Origin: Oopsacas minuta
Lineage: Eukaryota > Animalia > Porifera
DNA: 64,000 bases
Assembly: GCA_024704765.1 (NCBI GenBank)
Contig: JAKMXF010000221.1
Location: 186,001 to 250,000 of the forward strand
Reading direction: 5' to 3'
Positions 20,153-28,982 of the stretch are shown here, one piece after another (positions within the stretch are counted from its first letter, which is position 1; every line of letters starts with the position of its first letter). Position numbers and translations under genes: made by a program. The notes beneath the pieces are model-generated. The model had not been told where the DNA came from and made no database searches. It saw only the letters and a list, made by a program, of their open reading frames with translations.

Positions 20153-23100
20153 ATGTCCCGGATAATTCTATGTGGAGCGAATTCAGTTGGTAAGACAACT
20201 CTTGCCCAAGACTGGTGTTCTATGAACAAGAATTATCAAATTTGTTGTAAGGTTAGAAGAGATGTTATGGTTGAACACAAAATATCTTCAGAAGATATCC
20301 ACAATTCTTTAAGATCATGTAAGAAGATTTTCTTTAAACTTCAGAGATTAATATTTGAGGAACAGTATAGGAGAGAGAGTCAGCTAGGAGATGCTCTATA
20401 TATTTGTTCCCGAGGACCAGAGCCTCTAGTTGATGCATTCTTAGAAAACTCTCGGAAAGCAGACATTCTCTCTGAGCAAGAGATTGTGAAGAAATGTCTA
20501 GATCGTTATCGAGCTAGTTTAGTAGTCCTCTTGTGTCCGCTAGAGAATGCTCCTGAACACGAGATACTGCCAGACTCTACGAAAACTATGCCTATCTCCC
20601 TGTTTGAGGAGCAGAAGCGTTTCACAAAAGGGCTACATGACACGATGACAACTTTCGGTATACCTTATATGTATATGGACGAGAGGGATCGCGAGAAGCG
20701 AGTTGAGATACTCAAGTTAGCTGTTGAAGGTACAGTCCCGATCCCCATAGAACAGTTCATGGATCAGCGCTGTCTCTCATTCTTCCTCGATACTGGAACT
20801 AAGAGACGAGCTACTTTTCCACCGCCTCTACTCCCTCTTCCCAAACAAGGTAAAGAAGATCGAGTTCGTACATTCGACTTAAATCCAGGTGAAATTCTCT
20901 TGAGTTACCCTCCAATGGATAGTTTCCAGACAAACAGAATGGTAGACAGGTATGGAGAGGATAATTTCGTTCTCCTTCAGTTCCACTCAAAGTTACCTAA
21001 CAGTTACATCAGAGATGTCCTCCGTAAAGGAGTATATGTGAACGGAGATGAGTTCCAATTCCTGGGCTGTAGCTCCAGCGGATTGAAAGGCAGGAAATGT
21101 TATCTCCTGAAAGGTAATATAGAAGATGTACGAGTTGTTCTGGAACAGTGTGGGAACTTCTCTAAGATTAAAATGGTGTCCAAGAGACTGAAGAGGATTA
21201 GTCAGCTGTTCTCTGTAGCTATGAAAACGGGTGTAATGGTCCCTGATGATAAAGTGGAAGATATTGAGGACATAGAGACATCAGGGGGGAACTTTACAGA
21301 TGGGTGTGGATTAGTTGGACTAAATCTTGCATCAAAACTTGCTAAAGGCTGCAATGCACTAATTGAGTGTCCAGAAGATGGAGTACCCACCGTTTTCCAA
21401 ATACGATTTCTTGGCTGTAAGGGTATTCTAACGAAGAGCCCGCATATTGATACAGATTCTATGAAAGTCAGAAAATCTATGAGGAAGTTTAGCTCTGGGA
21501 CAGAGCCTTTCCCTGAAGTCTGGGTATGTGAACATTCTCGCCCATACTCCTATGGACATCTCAATAAACAGTACATAATGTTGTTATCTGGACTAGGGAT
21601 ACGTGATGAAGTATTCCTCACTAAACAAGCTGACTATTTGAAAGCGCTAGAGAGTATGTTGATTGACCCTAGCTTTGCTATCACAATACTTAATTGGCGG
21701 AATCGTCCTGATTTAGCTGCATTTGTTGCAGAACGTGAAACCTTTGCAGAATTCAGGCGAGAAGATATTCAGAATCAGCTGAGATATATTAGAAGCAAGC
21801 TAATCCTCAAGTTAGAGAAATTGAGTATACCTATCCTTGATTCTCGTACCCTGTTCGGTGTATGTGACCCTCTTAATCTGATGGAGTATGGTGAGTGTTT
21901 TATTAGAATTTCAGTTCAGGGTAAGCCTCAAACTCTACATCCCGGTACTAAAGTAACTGTCGGCAAGAATCCATGCTATCTCCTTGGTGACGTCAGAGTT
22001 CTCACAGCTGTAGATCATCCAGAACTCAATCACCTGATTGATTGTATGGTATTCCCAGTTAAAGGTAGAAGTCCTCATTCAGCAGAGATAGCTGGTTCGG
22101 ATCTGGACGGTGACCAGTATTTCGTGTGCTGGGATAAAGATCTCATCCCTCCCCACACAGTTGAACCCTACGACTACCCATCAGTAGAGGCTCACCCCTC
22201 TGACACTGTCACCCGGGAAATGATGATAGACTACTTTTCGGGACAGAAGAACATGATGGGTAAAATAAATGACTACTATGAGTATTGGGCAGATATTGAG
22301 GGGCCAGGGTGTTTTCAATGTGAACAACTTGGAGCTTGGTTCTCAAGGAGTGTAGACTCCTCTAAAACTGGAGATATCGTACGTATTCCACGTCACCTCA
22401 TCCCTCCTCAGCGTGAGAGAAAATCTGATAAAGTTTGGGTGAGGATGCAAGAGATCGCAGCTGATTGTAAAGAAAGGCTGAGTGGAGATACAGCTGATGA
22501 AATTTTAGAAAATTCAAGTTCTGCTTATGTCATTGAAGAGGATTTTATCAGGAATCTCTTAGAGAATACAAAAAGAGGAATTTCTGAATACAAACTATTC
22601 TCTTTGTTATATAAATGGTGCGACGCACAGAAAATCTCTAGAGATGAAAGGAGGGAAAAGCTGATCGAACTTTCTGATTATATCAACTTTGGTTTGTTGA
22701 CAATGAAAGAGAGAGAAGAAGCTATTCAATTGGGTATACCTGTTGCTAATGTCATGAATGCATTGAGTAAGTCTCGACTCCTCAATAAAGAGATGTTACA
22801 ACCTTTCTATCTGGACATTCCTACTTGTGGATGGAAATTTTACTTCCGAGGAAGTACAGCTAATCTTGACTGGAGACATATCTTCTATGCAATGACAAGT
22901 TATCCCGAAACTTTGCTAGTATTAAAACTCCCATATTATGGCGAAAGATTAGCTTTTCATTTAATCGGGACATTTGAAGATGGAGAGTCTATAATCCCTA
23001 AAGGATCAATCATTTCCTACTTTTTCTCCCCTCCATTTGGGTATAATCTAAGATATGTCACTGAGTGTGATTATAATTTGAATCTCACCCCACATATGAT

Positions 23101-26100
23101 ACAAATCTATCGCAGTGATGTTAGAAACACATTTTTGTGGCTAAAAAATGAATGTAGAAGTGATTCAGGTTCAGAATATGATAGAATCAGTATTGATCTA
23201 ACGAGATTTAAGAGAACTATTAGACGAGTAGATAAACACCCTCTTATTCTAAAACTTAATTTCCATTCTGTGGAGGTATTCGTCAAGAGTAATAATATTG
23301 AAGATACGGTATACTTTGATATACTAGAAACAGATCAAGTTGAGCATATAGTTACTACTGGTATTGAGTCATCTGATATTCTCGAAGAGTTACCTAGTGA
23401 TTCTGAAGAGGAAAGAGAAGAAGTTGATCCCTCTAAGTATACGCCATATGCACCTGAAACTTCACTATTAGCTCTTAAGGAATTTGCTAAGAAAGGAGAC
23501 TCTGTGAATTTCCGCAAAGTAATCACAATAATTCCCTCACCTACTCCTGAAATACCACAATTCCCTCGTACTTTATTAACCGAAGAGATCCTTTCTCTCC
23601 TGACTAATATGGTAATTCACCAATCCCATAGAAAAACATCAGAATCAACAATTGAGGATTTGTACGCAATATTTAAATCCGATCATATAGCTATCCCATC
23701 TGCCAAAGACTTACTATTCCTGTTCACTTGTCTTAGCAAGTTACAGCTATTCGATATGGCCACACAACTATCTGATAAACTTATTAGCAAAGTTGACTTG
23801 TCAGGGATTGCTCAGTATTTTGATACTATTTTCCATTGGGAATGGTGGTGTTTCTTATCGCTAAATCTAGCTTGTGAACTGTCAGATAAACTGTATCTTA
23901 TATCTTGTAAACTTGATGCTGGTAAGAAACCAGCTGAGAACACACAGAACACTGATGATTTCGAAACTAACCCCGATCTACTCCAGAATTTAGCTGTAGC
24001 AGCTAATGATGATCCTCCACCTTTAGAAGAGATAGAGCTCAATAACTACAAGCGTTATTATGCATATCTTATGTTAAAACATTTATTAGAGGAAACTCCT
24101 GGAAGAGAAGAAAATGAGAAAGTAAAAGACACTGAAGACAGTGTGTGTATGTTACGAGTACTGCATTCAGAAGATAGACGTGTTAATGTAGAGATAGATA
24201 GTAGTAGTAGTAGTAGTAATGAAGAAGAGAACGAGGAAACTGTTCCAGTTAAACAAGTCAAGAAGAAAAAGAAGAAAAAGTCTAAAACCTGGAAAGCATG
24301 TTTTTCTAGAATCAATAAAGTAACATCCAATAAATTTTCAATAGGTTCATTTGTAAAGATCCGTCTAATGAACAGACTTGCTACAACTCACTCCGGTGAG
24401 CCTATAGCTCTCGGATCTATCTCTGTATATCACAAGAGCCCGGCGGATATCATCGTTGATATACTGGAGCCTGTACCCGAGGCTATTAAGAGAGCTGCTC
24501 GCCTCAAGAAGGGATTCTGGTGTCTGACTCTACTAGGTAATATCACAAGCTTTAAGAGATCAAGCAAAGCTTTACAGAACTTATACACTCCTGGTATTCT
24601 TTCAATCCTAACCTCTCCTCAAGCATTTCCTCCCACAATAGCACCTAAAGATTATGAAGTGGACTTCTTAGCTGTCTCTCCTGATCCCGTAGAGTTACCT
24701 GACAAGAGCACCCCAATACATAACCCCTACCACTCATACAAGGGTTGTACTGCTTGTGAGCGTAGAGATAAAACCCGCTACAATCAGAGTCAAGAGAATG
24801 CGATCCAAGCAGCCCTCACTCAACGACTGATATTAATACATGGCCCCCCTGGTACAGGTAAGACATTTGTTGCTTGTGAGATTGTACATCAGTTATTTCA
24901 TGAAATGAATAAGCAGCCGGATAAAGATGAGAAGTGTAAGATCTTAGTAGCAGCTGAAACCAATAATGCCGTAGATAACCTCACGTATAATCTCGTTAAG
25001 TTAAACATGCGTGTAGTACGTGTTGGCAATAAGAATCAAATTGGTAAGCATTTACATGATTACTCATTGGCTCATCAAGTAGAGATGAAGCGGATTCAGC
25101 TGGGTCAAGACAAGAAAGGAGAGTATCAGTGCCCAAAGTTGAAAAAGGAGATCTTGAATTCAGTGGACATAATAGCTACAACCTGCACTGGGGCAGGTGA
25201 TAATGATCTTAAAACTCTTCAATTTTCTTGTATACTTATCGATGAGGCTACTCAAGCAATAGAGCCAGTTTCGCTGATCTCAATAGCTAAGTCTTGTAAG
25301 AAACTTATACTTATTGGAGATCCTAAACAACTTGCACCGATACTCCCTAGTAACCGTGAATCTCGAGGGCATACTTGTCCTGTAGAAGTTCCTCGCTTTG
25401 AGGCTTTGTGTGAGACTTTGTTTCATAGACTCCACAAAAATATAAAAACATACTTTTTGGATGAACAACACCGCATGCATCCTTATATAGCTGATTTCCC
25501 TTCTAAAGTATTCTATTCAGGAAAGCTGAAAACAGCTGTGAGGAAGGAAGACAGGATAGCACCCAAGCTAGGATTCATGACTTCAAACAAACCTATCGTA
25601 TTTATAGATGTAGACCACCCAGAGCATCGTACTGGATCATCAATCAGGAATGAAAGGGAAGCTGATATTATAGTGGATATTATCAAACAGCTGACTGGAC
25701 TAGCGAAATATAAAGATACAGAAATCGCAATTCTAACTCCCTACACAGCTCAGGTTAAATGCTTAAAAGAGAAACTAGCTTTAGTTTCTAAAGTTGAGGT
25801 ATCTTCTATTGACGCATTCCAAGGCAAGGAGAAAGAAGTTATTGTATTCAGTACAGTAAGGAACAATGATAATGGAGTATTAGGCTTCACAGATAGTCCA
25901 TATCGGATTAATGTACTGCTAACCAGAGCTAAATGTGGTCTTATAGGAGTAGGTAATAGAGATACCCTTAGAGGTTCAAATATTTGGTCAGAATGGACTT
26001 TTCAACACACTCTTTTGACTGTAAGGGAGTTTTATGAGAATGCAACTGTAAATGTAAATGAGGATGATGAAATTCCTAACCAAAATAACAATAACTCTAG

Positions 26101-26338
26101 GAGAGGTACACGATCTAGAGGCAGACCTCAGGGCTACCAGAATTCCTCCAGAGACAGAAATTTGACCCATGTACACCAGAGACATAGACCTAATATTGGT
26201 TGCTTTGTATCGGATACACTACGCTCACATAGACGTTTTAGAGATAACTACCGTGAAGATATCCATTGGAGAGATGTCCCTGTAGATTATTATAAGACTC
26301 CACGCAAGAGCGAGGATAAAGACTGGGAAAAGAATTAG
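20153..26338 (+). CDS. 2061-aa fusion: AAA_28/NadR-like P-loop domain + cellular RNA-dependent RNA polymerase + BACK-like helical region + Upf1-like SF1B helicase; intronless
   Basis: Walker A GANSVGKT (aa 8-15). RdRP motifs FTDGCG, QIRFLGCKG, KNPC, GSDLDGD (DLDGD at 22100-22114). Helicase motifs GPPGTGKT (24842-24865), TNNAVD, IDEATQ, GDPKQL, QHRMHP, TPYTAQ, FQGKEK, NVLLTRAK. Confidence 0.93.
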   Translation: MSRIILCGANSVGKTTLAQDWCSMNKNYQICCKVRRDVMVEHKISSEDIHNSLRSCKKIFFKLQRLIFEEQYRRESQLGDALYICSRGPEPLVDAFLENSRKADILSEQEIVKKCLDRYRASLVVLLCPLENAPEHEILPDSTKTMPISLFEEQKRFTKGLHDTMTTFGIPYMYMDERDREKRVEILKLAVEGTVPIPIEQFMDQRCLSFFLDTGTKRRATFPPPLLPLPKQGKEDRVRTFDLNPGEILLSYPPMDSFQTNRMVDRYGEDNFVLLQFHSKLPNSYIRDVLRKGVYVNGDEFQFLGCSSSGLKGRKCYLLKGNIEDVRVVLEQCGNFSKIKMVSKRLKRISQLFSVAMKTGVMVPDDKVEDIEDIETSGGNFTDGCGLVGLNLASKLAKGCNALIECPEDGVPTVFQIRFLGCKGILTKSPHIDTDSMKVRKSMRKFSSGTEPFPEVWVCEHSRPYSYGHLNKQYIMLLSGLGIRDEVFLTKQADYLKALESMLIDPSFAITILNWRNRPDLAAFVAERETFAEFRREDIQNQLRYIRSKLILKLEKLSIPILDSRTLFGVCDPLNLMEYGECFIRISVQGKPQTLHPGTKVTVGKNPCYLLGDVRVLTAVDHPELNHLIDCMVFPVKGRSPHSAEIAGSDLDGDQYFVCWDKDLIPPHTVEPYDYPSVEAHPSDTVTREMMIDYFSGQKNMMGKINDYYEYWADIEGPGCFQCEQLGAWFSRSVDSSKTGDIVRIPRHLIPPQRERKSDKVWVRMQEIAADCKERLSGDTADEILENSSSAYVIEEDFIRNLLENTKRGISEYKLFSLLYKWCDAQKISRDERREKLIELSDYINFGLLTMKEREEAIQLGIPVANVMNALSKSRLLNKEMLQPFYLDIPTCGWKFYFRGSTANLDWRHIFYAMTSYPETLLVLKLPYYGERLAFHLIGTFEDGESIIPKGSIISYFFSPPFGYNLRYVTECDYNLNLTPHMIQIYRSDVRNTFLWLKNECRSDSGSEYDRISIDLTRFKRTIRRVDKHPLILKLNFHSVEVFVKSNNIEDTVYFDILETDQVEHIVTTGIESSDILEELPSDSEEEREEVDPSKYTPYAPETSLLALKEFAKKGDSVNFRKVITIIPSPTPEIPQFPRTLLTEEILSLLTNMVIHQSHRKTSESTIEDLYAIFKSDHIAIPSAKDLLFLFTCLSKLQLFDMATQLSDKLISKVDLSGIAQYFDTIFHWEWWCFLSLNLACELSDKLYLISCKLDAGKKPAENTQNTDDFETNPDLLQNLAVAANDDPPPLEEIELNNYKRYYAYLMLKHLLEETPGREENEKVKDTEDSVCMLRVLHSEDRRVNVEIDSSSSSSNEEENEETVPVKQVKKKKKKKSKTWKACFSRINKVTSNKFSIGSFVKIRLMNRLATTHSGEPIALGSISVYHKSPADIIVDILEPVPEAIKRAARLKKGFWCLTLLGNITSFKRSSKALQNLYTPGILSILTSPQAFPPTIAPKDYEVDFLAVSPDPVELPDKSTPIHNPYHSYKGCTACERRDKTRYNQSQENAIQAALTQRLILIHGPPGTGKTFVACEIVHQLFHEMNKQPDKDEKCKILVAAETNNAVDNLTYNLVKLNMRVVRVGNKNQIGKHLHDYSLAHQVEMKRIQLGQDKKGEYQCPKLKKEILNSVDIIATTCTGAGDNDLKTLQFSCILIDEATQAIEPVSLISIAKSCKKLILIGDPKQLAPILPSNRESRGHTCPVEVPRFEALCETLFHRLHKNIKTYFLDEQHRMHPYIADFPSKVFYSGKLKTAVRKEDRIAPKLGFMTSNKPIVFIDVDHPEHRTGSSIRNEREADIIVDIIKQLTGLAKYKDTEIAILTPYTAQVKCLKEKLALVSKVEVSSIDAFQGKEKEVIVFSTVRNNDNGVLGFTDSPYRINVLLTRAKCGLIGVGNRDTLRGSNIWSEWTFQHTLLTVREFYENATVNVNEDDEIPNQNNNNSRRGTRSRGRPQGYQNSSRDRNLTHVHQRHRPNIGCFVSDTLRSHRRFRDNYREDIHWRDVPVDYYKTPRKSEDKDWEKN

Positions 26339-26550
26339 TTCACAATGATACAGTCAACATTTTAAAGGTATGCTTCCTTCTTGGATAAATTTCTTAGTGT
26401 GTAGACTATAAATTGGTATTTATATATTATTTCATAAATTTCATAAATTATCTTCAGACTGTATAGTTTTACTCCTGCAATCAGGAACTTAGAAATGCCT
26501 TACCAACTTAGCCTCAATTTCTACATTAATTTAGCTAATAATTAATTAGA

Positions 26551-27939
26551 ATGCAACTACATACGTTCCTTACACTTCTTTTGGTATGTCAAACACTGAG
26601 CTTATCAACTGGTGCCAAGCCTGTTTCTAACTCTAAGCTCTCCAGCTCGAATAACTGTTCCATTAATAATGGAGACTGTTCAAGTTGTCTCAGTCAGCTC
26701 AACTCGCAACATCTTGGCCTATGCGGTTATTGTCAAGCATCAGATGGTAACTGCTCTGACCCCTCTCGTTGTCCTTGTTTAGCAGGAAGCTTGTATGGAC
26801 CGAAGGATTCCAATTGCGAAGAATCCATATCCATTTGGTACTATGAAGCTTGTCCCGACCAGCCTACAGACCAAACATCTACCTACACAGTCTCACTACG
26901 ACTCCTAAACGTAGCTGCAGTAGATCTTATCGCTGGTACCTTTGGTGCAGATTTTCTGATCTACTTCGAGGGTAATCGGGTTGCGTACACAGATAGAGAA
27001 TGCAATTCAGACAATGGTGTATGTTTCAATATTCTTAACTCAGTAGGAGCTCCTATAATCGTAAAGTATCAAACTTATTTCCATATACAAGGCACGTTCT
27101 CATTTGAAGTTGATCTAGCAGATTATCCGTTTGACAATCAGACTCTACCTCTATTGATACAGGACTCATATAGTTCTGCATTAAAATTACAATGGAAATT
27201 GCCTAAAGATGATAAGACGGGAATTGATTCACATCTCACTCTTTCAAGCTGGTATTATGACAGTAACTCATGGGATGACTCTTTGTATCAGCGATACAAC
27301 CCAATCCTGGATGAGAACTTTTCAACTTTCGTCTTCAAGTTCCTAATACAGAGACCTCGGGCAGTTGGATTTATCAAGGGACTACTACCCCCTCTATTTA
27401 TAGTTTTGGTGATTTGTGCATCTTTCTCACTACCAGCTAAAGAGATGAGCAGTCGTATCTGGATAGGAGGTTCTCTACTTATATCTGTTGTCTTGTTCCA
27501 CTCTACCTTAGCAGAAGAAACTCCACGAAAAGGACAGCTAACGTTTGCTGATAACTTTATAATATCAGTCTATGTATTCATATTCATTTCACTTGCAGTT
27601 AACATCGTTATTATAAGGCTGTTCCGGTCTGGAGCAGAGAAACTAGCTAGCAAAATTCAACACTTGACTGAGATCATCTCATGGCCTGCTTTGTTCATTT
27701 TCTTCTTTGGACATTTCTACCTAAAATGGAATACATTCCTTGTTCTCTTTCTTGTTGCTATGTCCTCTCTGCTTATACTATTGTGTATATTTGTCATAAA
27801 GATAGTATCCTCAAGGACTAAACTAAAATGGCGCAAGTCATGTTTGAGAATGAGACAGAATCAAAATAAATACAAAGATAAGGAAGGAATCGTGAATGAG
27901 GGAACTTCTTCCTTCCTGCGAGAAGGGAATGTCCTCTGA
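26551..27939 (+). CDS. Cys-less (Pro-loop) pentameric ligand-gated ion channel subunit with signal peptide, Cys-rich PSI-like N-terminal module and five predicted TM helices
   Basis: Signal peptide, then CSSCL...CGYC...C. Ligand-binding-domain strands VDLIAGTFGADF and GTFSFEVDLADYPFDNQTL. M1 LLPPLFIV, M2 SRIWIGGSLLISVVLFH, loop TPRKGQLTFAD, then M3, M4 and an extra TM. Confidence 0.8.
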   Translation: MQLHTFLTLLLVCQTLSLSTGAKPVSNSKLSSSNNCSINNGDCSSCLSQLNSQHLGLCGYCQASDGNCSDPSRCPCLAGSLYGPKDSNCEESISIWYYEACPDQPTDQTSTYTVSLRLLNVAAVDLIAGTFGADFLIYFEGNRVAYTDRECNSDNGVCFNILNSVGAPIIVKYQTYFHIQGTFSFEVDLADYPFDNQTLPLLIQDSYSSALKLQWKLPKDDKTGIDSHLTLSSWYYDSNSWDDSLYQRYNPILDENFSTFVFKFLIQRPRAVGFIKGLLPPLFIVLVICASFSLPAKEMSSRIWIGGSLLISVVLFHSTLAEETPRKGQLTFADNFIISVYVFIFISLAVNIVIIRLFRSGAEKLASKIQHLTEIISWPALFIFFFGHFYLKWNTFLVLFLVAMSSLLILLCIFVIKIVSSRTKLKWRKSCLRMRQNQNKYKDKEGIVNEGTSSFLREGNVL

Positions 27940-28080
27940 TAAACTATTTGTACAAATTGACCTAAGCTTTTTGATGTTAAACTTTGATTATTCATGGAAT
28001 GCTCTTGCTATAAATTAGGATTATTCCTTATTTTCATTTATTTATATAATTTGGAATATTTATACGGGTTATGATTAGTA

Positions 28081-28806
28081 ATGCCACGAACTCACATCTC
28101 CAAATCACATACCAGAATATACTACCTATTGTTATACTTGTACAATCTACTGATACTCAGACCTATTCACTATCTCCTTCTCCTACACAAGAGGCATATA
28201 TTACAATTTCAGCCTGTGACGTATCATTGCCCTCCTCCCTCAAAATTATGTCTCTCTCAACTCAGGAAACTCCCAATAAAGACTTTGGTATTAGATTTAG
28301 ATGAAACTCTCATACACTCACAACACAATTGTATAATACCTTATGACTTTTCTATAAATGTTAAAATAGACGGAATTCCTACTCAGTTCTATGTGTACAA
28401 GCGACCTCATTTAGATTTCTTTTTGAAAATGGTGAGCGAATGGTACTACGTGGTATTATTCACGGCTAGCTTGGAAACATATGCTAATGCTATCGCTACA
28501 CAAATAGACCCAACACAGAAGTATATAAAGAAGCGATATTTCAGACATAACTGCAGTGTAGACTTTACAGGGTATACGAAAGATCTTAAAATTATTCAAA
28601 AAGATTTATCTCGTATTTTCATAATTGATAATTCTCCTACAGCTTATAAAGGTAACCCAGATAATGCTATTCCCATCAAATCATGGTATGCTGACAATAA
28701 TGACCAATGTCTGTTAGAATTGCTGCCTATACTAGATGCACTGAGATTCACAAAAGATGTAAGATCTGTTCTTAAGAGGAACATCCACTTACACTCGTTG
28801 TGGTAA
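28081..28806 (+). CDS. CTDNEP1: CTD nuclear envelope phosphatase 1 (Dullard)
   Basis: N-terminal hydrophobic anchor, LVLDLDETLIHS (DxDxT), KRPHLDFFL, FTAS, IIDNSP, PDNAIPIKSW. Confidence 0.9.
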   Translation: MPRTHISKSHTRIYYLLLYLYNLLILRPIHYLLLLHKRHILQFQPVTYHCPPPSKLCLSQLRKLPIKTLVLDLDETLIHSQHNCIIPYDFSINVKIDGIPTQFYVYKRPHLDFFLKMVSEWYYVVLFTASLETYANAIATQIDPTQKYIKKRYFRHNCSVDFTGYTKDLKIIQKDLSRIFIIDNSPTAYKGNPDNAIPIKSWYADNNDQCLLELLPILDALRFTKDVRSVLKRNIHLHSLW

Positions 28807-28982
28807 ATTCAATATATCGGATATACAAGAGAGTTGTAAGAGTTTTTAAATATATTTGTAATATAATATATAAATAAATTTATCATATATCTTTAATTTG
28901 AATTGTATCAATTGGTTGTTCAACACAGATATTATATTATGCTTGATTATTGTAGTATACTTATTAGAAATAAGCTACTCCA

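Noticed and set aside
24195-24285. (AGT)n and A-rich runs inside the RdRP ORF
   Set aside because: They encode an ordinary Ser/Glu/Lys low-complexity linker and keep the frame.
20153-26338. RdRP as an endogenised RNA virus
   Set aside because: The catalytic motif is the cellular double-psi-barrel DLDGD type, not a viral GDD palm. The helicase is Upf1-like, and there are no capsid genes or integration hallmarks.
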